Source: Patescibacteria group bacterium
GTDB taxonomy: Bacteria; Patescibacteriota; Minisyncoccia; Moranbacterales; DUUL01
DNA length: 64,000 nt
Direction of reading: 5' to 3'
Assembly: GCA_034660175.1 (NCBI GenBank)
Contig: JAYEIQ010000009.1
Location: 9,726-73,725 of the forward strand
This document shows, in pieces, positions 1 to 9,067 of the stretch (position 1 is the first letter of the stretch; every line of letters begins with the position of its first letter). The translations under genes were made by a program, and so were the position numbers. The notes beneath the pieces are model-generated. The model made no database searches. It saw nothing but the letters and a program-made list of their open reading frames with translations, and was not told where the DNA came from.

Positions 1-940
1 TAAACAGCTTTTTCATGTGGGTAGAATTTCAATTGACCAACATTCAATACCCAGCTCTCAGCAAATAGGTTTTCAGATTGGACCAAGGATTAACGCTGCT
101 GGTAGAATGGATCATGCAAGTCTTGCATTTGACTTGCTTGCTTCAAAAGAAAATGAAGAATCAAAGGCAAGACTTTTGGCACTTGAGATCGAAGATAAAA
201 ACAAGCGCCGTCAAAAAGTGACCGAAGTGATTGTCAAAGAAGTGCAACAGAAGGTGGAGAAAAGATCAAGTAAGCCAGCTGTCATTATCGAGGCATCTCC
301 TAATTGGGAGATCGGTGTTGTTGGTCTCGCAGCGGGAAAGATCGCAGAAAAATTCAATGTTCCGACAATTCTTTTTCAAGAAAAAGATGATGGTCTTTAT
401 GGATCTGGACGATCAGTCGATGATTTGAACTTGTTAGAGATTATAGATAAGCACAAGGATCTGATGAAACAGTTTGGTGGTCATGCGCAGGCTTTAGGGA
501 TTAGGCTTGAGAAGGAAAAACTTGGTGATTTCCAAAAGAAGATCAAAGGTGAAATGGAGAAAATTGAGCGTAAGAATCATGGAAAAGAAATTCGTATTGA
601 TGCGGAAATTGAATTAGAGGAAATTAACAATAAACTTGTTCAAGAGCTAAGTCTGCTGGAGCCCTTTGGGTCTAAAAATGAAAGGCCGAAATTATTTTCG
701 AGAAGACTCGTGATCAAGGAGATGAGGGTGGTTGGAAATGGTGAGAAACATTTGAAGCTTTGGCTTGTTGATGAAAAAAGCGACAAAAGGAGTCTCGAGT
801 GTATTGGTTTTGGCATGGCACAAAATTTTGAAGGATTGAGGATTGGAGGTAAGATCAATGTTGTGTATAATTTAGAAGAGGATAGTTGGAATGGTATGAA
901 GAAAATTCAAGCTTCTTTGATCGATATTGAGAGACTGTAA
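1..940 (+). CDS. recJ: Single-stranded-DNA-specific exonuclease RecJ, C-terminal part (5-prime end lies outside window)
   Basis: Open frame runs from the window edge. GPRINAAGRMDHASLAFDLL matches the RecJ DHHA1 motif, and a C-terminal OB-like region with GFGMAQ follows. Confidence 0.8.
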   Translation, partial: KQLFHVGRISIDQHSIPSSQQIGFQIGPRINAAGRMDHASLAFDLLASKENEESKARLLALEIEDKNKRRQKVTEVIVKEVQQKVEKRSSKPAVIIEASPNWEIGVVGLAAGKIAEKFNVPTILFQEKDDGLYGSGRSVDDLNLLEIIDKHKDLMKQFGGHAQALGIRLEKEKLGDFQKKIKGEMEKIERKNHGKEIRIDAEIELEEINNKLVQELSLLEPFGSKNERPKLFSRRLVIKEMRVVGNGEKHLKLWLVDEKSDKRSLECIGFGMAQNFEGLRIGGKINVVYNLEEDSWNGMKKIQASLIDIERL

Positions 941-1076
941 AGGTTTGATGATTTTGTTGACCGCAGGTTCTTTTTTGGTTATAATAATAGATAGTTTCGA
1001 GGTTAGTTTGAGAAACTTCAATATTCTTTTTTGATAGAAAACTAAGGCTAAAATTGTCTATCACGAACCAAATGGA

Positions 1077-1266
1077 GTTGCCATCGTCTGGTGCGGCAAG
1101 GAATGATAGAGACGTCAGAACTGGCGGACTAATTATCAAGATATGTGCAATTAGACTTGAAACATTTGCATGCCGCCATCGTCTAGTGCGGTAAGGAATG
1201 ATAGAGACGTCAGAACTGGCGGACTAATTATCAAGATATGTGCAATTAGACTTGAAACATTTGCAT
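1077..1266. repeat. Two tandem 95-bp units (1077-1171 and 1172-1266, 2 mismatches), each a 53-nt tRNA-Glu-like mini-element plus a 42-nt spacer, directly upstream of the tRNA-Glu gene
   Basis: Direct comparison of the two copies. Each begins with the tRNA-Glu 5-prime 17 nt (gccgccatcgtctagtg; copy 1 reads gttgccatcgtctggtg) and ends with the acceptor 3-prime strand ctggcgg. The same 42-nt spacer also precedes the real tRNA. Confidence 0.85.
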
Positions 1267-1338
1267 GCCGCCATCGTCTAGTGGTTAGGACGCCAGGTTC
1301 TCATCCTGGTAACGGGGGTTCAATTCCCCCTGGCGGTA
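1267..1338 (+). tRNA. tRNA-Glu (anticodon CUC), 72 nt, no encoded CCA
   Basis: Manual cloverleaf: acceptor GCCGCCA/TGGCGGT (one G-U), D-arm GTCT..GGAC, anticodon stem CCAGG/CCTGG with loop TTCTCAT (CUC at 34-36, A37), T-arm GGGGG TTCAATT CCCCC, discriminator A. Confidence 0.8.
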
Positions 1339-1585
1339 CGAGAAAGTGAAAAAGAAGAATTATCATATTTGAGTCATTTATAACTTAGGAAAGTGAATCG
1401 AATCGGTAGCAGTTCTTGTCGTGGCGGAAGAGCGTTGCTGAAAGCGAATAGCGTTCAGCACTACTGTGAACAACGAAGTCGAGCGAAACGAAGATGAGGC
1501 GAAATTTTTACCCGTCCGAAGTGAAAGCGTAGGTGGGTCTCTTGTCGGTACAAATGTGTAAAAATAACAAATAATTAGCATTCAA

Positions 1586-2665
1586 ATGTCAACAAACGAT
1601 GCGATAGGATTGCTAAGAAAATATAAACAAAGACTGGATCCAGTTTTGGAGAAATATTTTCAAAAGAAACTAAAGCAGGCAAAGAAAATAGATCCACTTT
1701 CAGAGAAGGCAGTGGAACTTATTCGAGAATTTACTATTTCTGGTGGGAAGAGAATTAGGCCAGCTGTCATGTATTATGGCTATTTGGCTGCTGGAGGAGA
1801 AGACGATGAGAGGATAGTTGAAGTCTCAATGTCCATTGAAATGACCCATTCTTTTTTGTTGATTCATGATGATATTATTGATAGAGATGAAACAAGACAT
1901 GGTATCAGTACTCTTCATGAAGCATATAAAGAAATTGCAAAGAAGTTTTTTCCAAAAACAAACGCAAGTCATTTTGGAAATTCAATGGCAATGATCGCTG
2001 GTGACATGGCGGCATCAATGGGAAGTGAGATAATATTCAATGCAGATTATAAACCAGAAAAGATCGTGAAAGCACTGGATAGATTGCAACATATAATTTA
2101 TGTCACAATTCCAGGAGAAATGGTTGATGTTGTTCTGGGGGCACAAGGAAGAGCAACCGAAGAGGATATAATTAGAATGTACGAGGGTAAAACTGCTCGA
2201 TATACTTTTGAGGGTCCAGCTCATCTCGGTGCTGTGTTTGCCGGAGCTAAAGATGATGTTCTAAAGAACTTCACTGATTATTCGCTTCCTTTGGGATCCG
2301 CGTTTCAAATCAGAGACGATATACTTGGGGTTTTTGGAGACGAAAAGAAGCTCGGAAAACCTGTCGGTTCAGATATTATTGAGGGGAAGCAAACAATGCT
2401 CGTTGTGAAGGCGTTGGAGAATGCTACGAAAGTCCAAGAGAAGAGATTTCGTGAGCTGTTCGGCAAAGAAGATATCACTTTTGACGAGATTGATGATTTC
2501 AGAAAGATCATTGAAGACACCGGGTCTCTTAAGATAGCGAATGATATGTCAGAAAGATTTATTAAAGAATCACTTGAGTCGCTGAGTAAAATTGACATCA
2601 AAAATGATCAGGCAAAAATGTTTTTTGAAGGTATTGCACAATATATAATTGAAAGACAACACTAA
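1586..2665 (+). CDS. Polyprenyl (trans-isoprenyl) diphosphate synthase, GGPP/FPP synthase family
   Basis: First Asp-rich motif LLIHDDIIDRDETRHG and second Asp-rich motif FQIRDDILG; length 359 aa. Confidence 0.85.
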   Translation: MSTNDAIGLLRKYKQRLDPVLEKYFQKKLKQAKKIDPLSEKAVELIREFTISGGKRIRPAVMYYGYLAAGGEDDERIVEVSMSIEMTHSFLLIHDDIIDRDETRHGISTLHEAYKEIAKKFFPKTNASHFGNSMAMIAGDMAASMGSEIIFNADYKPEKIVKALDRLQHIIYVTIPGEMVDVVLGAQGRATEEDIIRMYEGKTARYTFEGPAHLGAVFAGAKDDVLKNFTDYSLPLGSAFQIRDDILGVFGDEKKLGKPVGSDIIEGKQTMLVVKALENATKVQEKRFRELFGKEDITFDEIDDFRKIIEDTGSLKIANDMSERFIKESLESLSKIDIKNDQAKMFFEGIAQYIIERQH

Positions 2666-2683
2666 TTTCTTGTCAAAAATATT

Positions 2684-3421
2684 TTGGAAAAAATGAACAA
2701 CGATAATCAAAAAGTTCCAAATCATGTTGCAATTGTTCCCGATGGAAACAGACGGTGGGCAAAAAGCCAGGGTCTGGATTCTTGGGATGGGCACAGAGAA
2801 GGTGCGAAGAGAATAGAAGAGATCGTTAGAGAGGCACTAAGGATAAAAATCAAGAGCATTACTTTTTGGGGTTCTTCGGAAGATAATTTTGAGAAGAGGC
2901 CACTACAAGAAAAGAAAGCTCTATTAGAAGTTTATGAAGAATATTTTAAAAAACTAGTAAATAGTGATGATGTTTTTGATAACAAGGCGCGAATTAATGT
3001 TGTTGGGAAATGGGAGCAGCAGTTTCCAAAAAAATTAGTGAGCATTCTCAAAGAGGGAATTGAGAAAACTAAAGATCATTCAAATTATTTTTTAAATTTT
3101 TTATTGGCATACAACGGTAGTAGTGACATTCTTGCTGCAGTGAAAGCTGTTGCGAAATCTTTTGCTAAAGATGAAAATACGGAGCGGATAGATGCAGAAC
3201 ATTTTGGTAAAGGCTTGTTGACAAGAGATCTTCCGAATGTGGATTTGCTTATCAGGACGGGAGTTCAGGAAGATCCTCATAATAGCGCTGGTTTTTTGAT
3301 GTGGCAAACACAAAATTCTCAATATTATTTTTCCGACAGAATGTTTCCAGATTTTGATGTAAAAGAATTTCAAATAGCTTTGGCAGATTATTCCGGGAGA
3401 GTAAGAAGATTGGGTGCTTGA
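2684..3421 (+). CDS. uppS: Undecaprenyl diphosphate synthase (cis-prenyltransferase)
   Basis: HVAIVPDGNRRWA substrate-binding motif, and family-typical RTG..E...NFLLWQ region near the C-terminus. Confidence 0.85.
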   Translation: MEKMNNDNQKVPNHVAIVPDGNRRWAKSQGLDSWDGHREGAKRIEEIVREALRIKIKSITFWGSSEDNFEKRPLQEKKALLEVYEEYFKKLVNSDDVFDNKARINVVGKWEQQFPKKLVSILKEGIEKTKDHSNYFLNFLLAYNGSSDILAAVKAVAKSFAKDENTERIDAEHFGKGLLTRDLPNVDLLIRTGVQEDPHNSAGFLMWQTQNSQYYFSDRMFPDFDVKEFQIALADYSGRVRRLGA

Positions 3422-3436
3422 ACGTAGTGTGAAAAG

Positions 3437-3458
3437 AGCGCCTATGCGCTTATTAATT
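3437..3458 (+). terminator. Possible intrinsic terminator after uppS
   Basis: Hairpin agcgc-ctat-gcgct followed by a T/A-rich tract. Confidence 0.3.
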
Positions 3459-3479
3459 TATAAATTGTAAACTAACAAA

Positions 3480-3794
3480 ATGGCTCTAGAATTTACAGAC
3501 AAGAATTTCGAAGAAGATGTTTTGGAAAGTGATAAGCCGGTGCTTGTTGATTTTTGGGCACCTTGGTGTGGTCCTTGTCAAATGATGGCTCCGATTGTTG
3601 ATGACACAGCTAAGGATGTGAAAGATGTCGGAAAAGTAGGGAAATTAAATGTAGACGAAAATCCTGAGACTGCTCAGAAGTATGGTGTTATGTCTATTCC
3701 AACATTGATAATCTTCAAAAAGGGAGAAAATGTTAAGCAACTTGTTGGTGTTCAGTCAAAGGAAGTTCTCATTGAGGAACTAAAAAAAGCTTAA
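3480..3794 (+). CDS. trxA: Thioredoxin
   Basis: WAPWCGPC active site; 104 aa. Confidence 0.9.
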   Translation: MALEFTDKNFEEDVLESDKPVLVDFWAPWCGPCQMMAPIVDDTAKDVKDVGKVGKLNVDENPETAQKYGVMSIPTLIIFKKGENVKQLVGVQSKEVLIEELKKA

Positions 3795-3800
3795 GATTAA

Positions 3801-4730
3801 ATGAGAAACATACAAGATCTTTTGATATTAGGGGCCGGACCGGCCGGACTGACTGCCTCTATCTATGCTTCAAGATATAACATTGATCACTTGGTGATTG
3901 GATCAGAAGTTGGAGGTTATTTGAATGAGATTCATAAAGTTGAAAACTATCCAGGATTTGAAAAAATCTCAGGTCTTGAGCTTGGTCAAAAAATGATTGG
4001 GCATGCTGAATCTTTCAATGGAAAAGTCAGAAGAGAGACTGTTCTTGAGATCAGGCAGAAAGATGGAATATTTCAACTCAAAACAGACAAGGAGGAATAT
4101 AAAGCAAGAAATATAGTATACTCAATTGGAACGAGTTGTAAAAAATTGAGAATTCCTGGCGAGAAAGAGCTTTTGGGGAAGGGTGTGTCGTATTGTGCAA
4201 CGTGTGACGGTCCTTTTTTTAAAGGTAAAAGTGTGGCAGTTGTTGGTGGTGCAAACTCTGCGGCGATGGCTGCTTTGATGTTGAGTGAATATGCCAAGAA
4301 AGTTTTTGTGATTTATCGTAGAGGTGTTTTGCGCAGTGCACCAAGTTATATAGACAAGATCGAGAAGACAAAGAATATCGAGGTGCTATACCATACAACA
4401 TTAAAGAAAATTCTAGGAAAAGACCGCGTTGAAAAGGTTTTGTTGTGCAATCCTCCGAAACAAGACAAGCAAATGGATATGGATGGTGTCTTCATTGAGA
4501 TTGGTTCACAGCCAAATTGTGACAATATTGTTGAATTGGGAGTCGAAATGAACGAAAAAGGCTATATTGTAACTAAACCAGACCAATCAACTAGTTTAGC
4601 TGGTTTCTTTGCAGCGGGAGATATCACAACAAATTCAAATAACTTTCGACAAATTATAACTGCAGCAGCTGAAGGTGCCGTTGCTGCTCTGTCTGTTTTT
4701 GACAGACTTAAGGATACAAACAATGAATGA
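3801..4730 (+). CDS. trxB: Thioredoxin-disulfide reductase
   Basis: N-terminal FAD fold GAGPAGLTA, redox-active CATCDG motif and NAD(P)-binding GGANSA region. Confidence 0.85.
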   Translation: MRNIQDLLILGAGPAGLTASIYASRYNIDHLVIGSEVGGYLNEIHKVENYPGFEKISGLELGQKMIGHAESFNGKVRRETVLEIRQKDGIFQLKTDKEEYKARNIVYSIGTSCKKLRIPGEKELLGKGVSYCATCDGPFFKGKSVAVVGGANSAAMAALMLSEYAKKVFVIYRRGVLRSAPSYIDKIEKTKNIEVLYHTTLKKILGKDRVEKVLLCNPPKQDKQMDMDGVFIEIGSQPNCDNIVELGVEMNEKGYIVTKPDQSTSLAGFFAAGDITTNSNNFRQIITAAAEGAVAALSVFDRLKDTNNE

Positions 4731-5847
4731 TTCAATTCGGTTGTCAAAAAAAATTGGTGGTAAGATTGAGGTTAATAGCAAAAGAAAGCTGAATAAAAAC
4801 AATTTGGCTGTTTTGTATACTCCTGGAGTTGCTGAGGTTTCTAAGGAAATTGCAAAAAACAAGAAGATCGCCAGACAATATACAATTAAAAAAAATGCCA
4901 TCGCTGTTGTTTCTGATGGGTCTGCAGTACTTGGTCTTGGAAATATTGGTCCTGAGGCGGCGCTTCCAGTAATGGAAGGGAAGGCTCTCTTGTTTAAAGA
5001 ACTTGCAGATGTTGATGCGTTTCCTTTAGTGTTGAATACTCAAAAAACAGATGAAATTGTTTCAATTGTGAAAGCTATTGCACCGACTTTTGGTGGAATA
5101 AATCTAGAGGATATTTCAGCTCCTCGTTGTTTTGAGATAGAAGAGTGTCTCAAAAAGAATTTGAAAATTCCAGTGTTTCATGATGATCAACATGGTACGG
5201 CAATTGTTGTTTTGGCAGGTCTCATAAATGCGTTGAAGGTTGTGAACAAAAAAATTGGTTCAATAAAGATAGTTATATCTGGAACGGGTGCCGCTGGAGT
5301 TGCAATTGCAAAATTGCTATTGAAAGCAGGAGCAAAAAATATTTTATTGACTGACAGCAAAGGAATCGTCTATGAAGGACGAAAAAAAGGAATGAATGAA
5401 GCAAAAAGAAAAATTGCAAAGGTGACTAACAAGGGAAAGGAGCATGGTTCTTTGACTGATGCTCTTGTTGATGCCGATGTTTTTGTTGGTGTTTCTGCCC
5501 CGAATATTGTGAAAGTGAACGATGTAAAAAACATGAATAAAAAAGCGATTGTTTTTGCAATGAGTAATCCTGTTCCAGAGATTATGCCAGATAAGGCACT
5601 GAAAGCTGGAGTCGCAATTGTTGCTACTGGACGAAGTGATTTTCCAAATCAAATCAATAATGTCTTGGTTTTCCCAGGTATTTTTCGTGGTGCATTGGAT
5701 AATGGGGTAGTACAGATAACAGATAAACACAAACTTGCCGCTGCTCGTGCTTTGGCAAAGATGGTCGTAAAACCGAATGCAAAAAAAATAATTCCCGGTG
5801 CACTGAACAGAAAGGCAGTCAAGGCAGTGGCTCGAGTTTTTAGGTAG
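4723..5847 (+). CDS. NAD(P)-dependent malic enzyme (malate dehydrogenase, decarboxylating), short form
   Basis: LAVLYTPGVAEV and DDQHGTAIVVLAG motifs. ATG at 4723 has an AAGGA Shine-Dalgarno sequence and overlaps the trxB stop (ATGAATGA). The ORF-track start at 4675 adds a non-homologous extension. Confidence 0.8.
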   Translation: MNDSIRLSKKIGGKIEVNSKRKLNKNNLAVLYTPGVAEVSKEIAKNKKIARQYTIKKNAIAVVSDGSAVLGLGNIGPEAALPVMEGKALLFKELADVDAFPLVLNTQKTDEIVSIVKAIAPTFGGINLEDISAPRCFEIEECLKKNLKIPVFHDDQHGTAIVVLAGLINALKVVNKKIGSIKIVISGTGAAGVAIAKLLLKAGAKNILLTDSKGIVYEGRKKGMNEAKRKIAKVTNKGKEHGSLTDALVDADVFVGVSAPNIVKVNDVKNMNKKAIVFAMSNPVPEIMPDKALKAGVAIVATGRSDFPNQINNVLVFPGIFRGALDNGVVQITDKHKLAAARALAKMVVKPNAKKIIPGALNRKAVKAVARVFR

Positions 5848-5862
5848 TCTCAAAAAAGAATC

Positions 5863-5891
5863 TTGCATTGTTCATGCTGGTTTGATAAGAT
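5863..5891 (+). promoter_or_regulatory. Sigma70-like promoter for rplI (TTGCAT-17-TAAGAT)
   Basis: Hexamers with a 17-nt spacer lie about 45 nt upstream of the rplI ATG; an AAGGTAG Shine-Dalgarno sequence follows. Confidence 0.35.
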
Positions 5892-5936
5892 GTTATAAAG
5901 CATCGAGGAGGAGTGGATAAAATTTAAGGTAGCAGT

Positions 5937-6377
5937 ATGAAAGTCGTGATTAAGCAAAAAGTTGAAAATGTTGGAGGGGCAGGCGAGGTCAAAGATGTTG
6001 CTGACGGGTTTGCGCGAAATTTTTTGATTCCAAATGGTCTTGCAGAACCAGCAACACAGAAAAATGTTTCAAGAGCAGAGGAGTCTGTGCAGCAGAAAGA
6101 GAAGGAGCAAAGCGACGAATTGAAACAGATTCAAAATCTGGCGCAAAAAATTGATGGAGAAGAATTTTTAATCAAAGCTAAAGCCAAAGAAGGGAAACTT
6201 TTTGGTTCTGTTGATGTTGGTTTGATTGTTGAGAAACTAAAAGAAAGTGATGTAACAGTGGAAGAGTCTTCTGTTGAACTTAAAGAACCTATCAAAGAGG
6301 TTGGAGAATATCAAATAAAAATAAATTTCAATCATGGGATTGAAGCGACAGTTAAGATGGTCGTTGAAAAGGAATAG
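5937..6377 (+). CDS. rplI: 50S ribosomal protein L9
   Basis: N-terminus MKVVIKQKVENVGGAGEVKDVADGFARNFLIPNGLA matches the L9 consensus. Confidence 0.85.
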   Translation: MKVVIKQKVENVGGAGEVKDVADGFARNFLIPNGLAEPATQKNVSRAEESVQQKEKEQSDELKQIQNLAQKIDGEEFLIKAKAKEGKLFGSVDVGLIVEKLKESDVTVEESSVELKEPIKEVGEYQIKINFNHGIEATVKMVVEKE

Positions 6378-6411
6378 CTGAAGTGAGTGGGGGATAGAGT
6401 TGTGGGTCGGT

Positions 6412-6447
6412 TAAAACCGCAACTTCAAAGTGGAGCGGTTTTTTTGG
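6412..6447 (+). terminator. Rho-independent terminator after rplI
   Basis: aaaccgc...gcggttt hairpin followed by a T7 run. Confidence 0.5.
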
Positions 6448-6487
6448 TGGAAAAAATCATAATAAAATAATATCTAAATTATACTAT

Positions 6488-6895
6488 ATGCTCAGCATCT
6501 TTATGATTGTATTGATGAGTCTTTTCTTTTTCACTTTTCCAGCAACCGAGAGGAGTTATTCTGAAGAGGTTAATACAAAAAAGTACATAAACTCTTATCT
6601 TATGTTTAGTTTTTTCCTTACTGCCTCTGTTTTTGGAGAATATTGCTAAATTATTTGATTCATTTGTTGCAAGCTCTTTCTTTTTGATACTCGTTGGGAT
6701 TTATATTATACTCATAGGTTACTATTTTGTTGCTTTTTTTAAAAAGAACGGATTTTCTAGATATTTTATATATAGGTGGTGTTTTTAGTGTATGTGTCAT
6801 TGTTTTTGCCACTGTTATATTATTTGCTAAGAAAACCAATTAAGTTGATAGCTCAAAAACCGAAAAAGTGGGCAAACAAGATTATTTATCCATGA
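6488..6895 (+). pseudogene. Fragmented hydrophobic ORFs, probably a decayed small membrane-protein gene
   Basis: Three consecutive hydrophobic reading frames of 53, 45 and 35 codons, separated by frameshifts. None reaches 60 aa; the surrounding 650 bp are otherwise non-coding. Confidence 0.3.
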
Positions 6896-7025
6896 TTAGC
6901 TATTTTCAGTGTGTTGTTGAGTACAGTGATCATGTATTTTTATTTTATGTTTTTGGCTTTTAAGAGTTGGGCAGAGGATGGTGGTGGGTTTCTTTAAATA
7001 TTAATAATTTTACAAAAATAGAGCA

Positions 7026-8660
7026 ATGAAAAACACAAAATATATCTTTGTTTTTGGGGGAGTGATGAGTGGTATTGGGAAAGGCGTTGCTACATCTTCG
7101 ATTGCTAAAATTATACAATCAAGAGGTTATAGCGTCACTGCTATTAAGATTGACCCTTATGTCAACGTTGATGCGGGTACCATGAATCCCACTGAACATG
7201 GAGAGGTTTTTGTTTTATCTAATGGACTGGAAACGGATCAGGATATGGGTAATTATGAAAGATTTCTTAATATCACACTTCCATCTACAAACTATATGAC
7301 CACTGGAAGTGTTTATCAAAAAGTTATTGAGCGAGAAAGGAATCTTGGATATGATGGGAAATGTGTTCAGATTATTCCTCATGTTACGAACGAGGTGATT
7401 GAAACAATCGAAAATGCCGGTCCAAAAAATAAAGCCGACTTTATAATTATTGAAGTTGGTGGAACTACTGGAGACTATGAAAATAATCTTTTCATAGAGG
7501 CTGCGCGTCAAATGAGAATGAGACATGGTAAGGATAGTGTATTGTTTGCAATGATTAGTTTCATACCATATCCGAAGAAAATTGGGGAAATGAAAACCAA
7601 GCCGACTCAGCAAGCTGTGAGATCTTTGAATTCAGCCGGAATTCAACCAGACGTGATTATTGCCAGAAGCGAAGAGCCTATAGATGGAAAAAGAAAATGG
7701 AAAATAGCACTTTTTTGCAATGTGGAAGCAGAGGCTGTTATTTCTGCTCCGGACGTTGATTGTATTTATGATGTTCCTGTAAATTTTGAGAGGGATAAAC
7801 TGAGCACTCTTATTTTGAAACAGCTAAAACTCAGACCACGAAAAACAAACATGCAAAATTGGGTTTGTCTGACCAATAAAATTAGAACTCTTAAAAAAGA
7901 CGTTAGGATTGGAATTGTTGGTAAATACTTTGGGACTGGCGATTGTGTTCTTTCAGATGCTTATATTTCTGTTATTGAAGCGGTGAAACATGCTTGTTAT
8001 GCCAATGACAGAAATCCAGTGATTGATTGGATAAATTCCGAGGTGTTTGAAAGGAATTCAAAGCGAGTAGATCAGATAAAAAAATATGACGGAATTATTG
8101 TTCCGGGAGGGTTTGGTGAAAGAGGAACAGAGGGAAAGATAAAAGTTATTCAATATGTTCGTGAGAACAAAATACCATATCTGGGTCTTTGCTATGGAAT
8201 GCAACTTATGGTAGTTGAATTTGCGAGGAATGTTGCTAACTTGGATCGAGCACATACTTTTGAGGTTAACCCTAAAACCAAACATCCCGTTATTGATCTT
8301 ATGCCAGAACAAAAGAAAAATATGGCTCAGCATAATTATGGAGCTACAATGAGGTTGGGTAATTATCCTTGCAACATCAACAAAGGAACAATTGCATATA
8401 AAGCCTATAAAAAACAAGAAATACAAGAAAGGCATCGTCATAGATATGAAGTTAATCCAAAATATATAAAGAGATTGGAGGAGAAAGGCCTGGTGTTTTC
8501 TGGAATTTCTCCCGATAGACGTTTGATGGAGATTGCAGAATTGCGAATGGAGGATCATCCGTTTATGTTGGGCAGTCAATTTCATCCAGAATTTACAAGT
8601 TCTCCACTGAAACCAAATCCATTATTCTTGAGGTTCGTTAAAACCTCGTCGAAAAAATAG
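7026..8660 (+). CDS. pyrG: CTP synthase
   Basis: N-terminal KYIFVFGGVMSGIGKGV synthetase domain; C-terminal glutamine amidotransferase domain with GLCYGMQ catalytic Cys; 544 aa. Confidence 0.9.
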   Translation: MKNTKYIFVFGGVMSGIGKGVATSSIAKIIQSRGYSVTAIKIDPYVNVDAGTMNPTEHGEVFVLSNGLETDQDMGNYERFLNITLPSTNYMTTGSVYQKVIERERNLGYDGKCVQIIPHVTNEVIETIENAGPKNKADFIIIEVGGTTGDYENNLFIEAARQMRMRHGKDSVLFAMISFIPYPKKIGEMKTKPTQQAVRSLNSAGIQPDVIIARSEEPIDGKRKWKIALFCNVEAEAVISAPDVDCIYDVPVNFERDKLSTLILKQLKLRPRKTNMQNWVCLTNKIRTLKKDVRIGIVGKYFGTGDCVLSDAYISVIEAVKHACYANDRNPVIDWINSEVFERNSKRVDQIKKYDGIIVPGGFGERGTEGKIKVIQYVRENKIPYLGLCYGMQLMVVEFARNVANLDRAHTFEVNPKTKHPVIDLMPEQKKNMAQHNYGATMRLGNYPCNINKGTIAYKAYKKQEIQERHRHRYEVNPKYIKRLEEKGLVFSGISPDRRLMEIAELRMEDHPFMLGSQFHPEFTSSPLKPNPLFLRFVKTSSKK

Positions 8661-8671
8661 AAAGAACAAAA

Positions 8672-8700
8672 AACACCCATCTCTTGAAGGTGGGTGTTTT
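8672..8700. terminator. Bidirectional intrinsic terminator between convergent pyrG and rpmA
   Basis: cacccatc-tcttgaa-ggtgggtg hairpin flanked by A-run and T-run. Confidence 0.5.
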
Positions 8701-8717
8701 ATAATAAGAGAAGAAAA

Positions 8718-8990
8718 TTATCTAACTTCTATAATTTTTGTATTCTTTAGTTTCCCTGTAAATTTGGTTAGTTTTTTTGTAATAAACTTTACTGCTCCAT
8801 CTTTAAGGGAAATAATCGAGTCATCTCCAGCTCTTTTTGTGCCTTCACCAGCTTTAAATTTTGTTCCTCTCTGACGAACAATTATTTGACCTTTTTGAAC
8901 TTTTTGTCCACCAAAGATCTTGACTCCAAGATATTTTGGTTTAGAATCTCTTCCAAGGTCTGTTGAGCCACCAGCTTTTCTGTGTGCCAT
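8718..8990 (-). CDS. rpmA: 50S ribosomal protein L27
   Basis: [44 protein letters not shown] at 8990; the ORF-track start at 9008 is a TTG six codons upstream. Confidence 0.85.
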   Translation of the reverse strand: MAHRKAGGSTDLGRDSKPKYLGVKIFGGQKVQKGQIIVRQRGTKFKAGEGTKRAGDDSIISLKDGAVKFITKKLTKFTGKLKNTKIIEVR

Positions 8991-9067
8991 GTTGATATCA
9001 AAATGCAAAAATTAAACTATGTTTAACTTTGCACTAGGTGTTACGATTTAGTTAAAAATATGTTAGG

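Noticed and set aside
231-428. 65-aa plus-strand ORF inside recJ
   Set aside because: It lies in an alternative frame of a well-supported gene, is basic and low-complexity, and has no start context.
1378-1581. 67-aa minus-strand ORF in the GC-rich segment after tRNA-Glu
   Set aside because: The S/T/R-rich low-complexity translation is typical of a GC-rich non-coding region. The region is better explained as a structured RNA or non-coding DNA.
1339-1585. Possible SRP RNA or RNase P RNA
   Set aside because: The gtccgaagtgaaagc segment resembles the SRP domain IV GGAA/AGCA motif only loosely. The region is too short for RNase P and lacks P4/CR-I consensus. It is kept as a generic ncRNA candidate.
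8058-8585. 175-aa minus-strand ORF antisense to pyrG (and similar antisense ORFs 7215-7613, 2305-2601, 5344-5868)
   Set aside because: Antisense to strongly supported genes; AT-rich codon-poor frames with no homology-like features.
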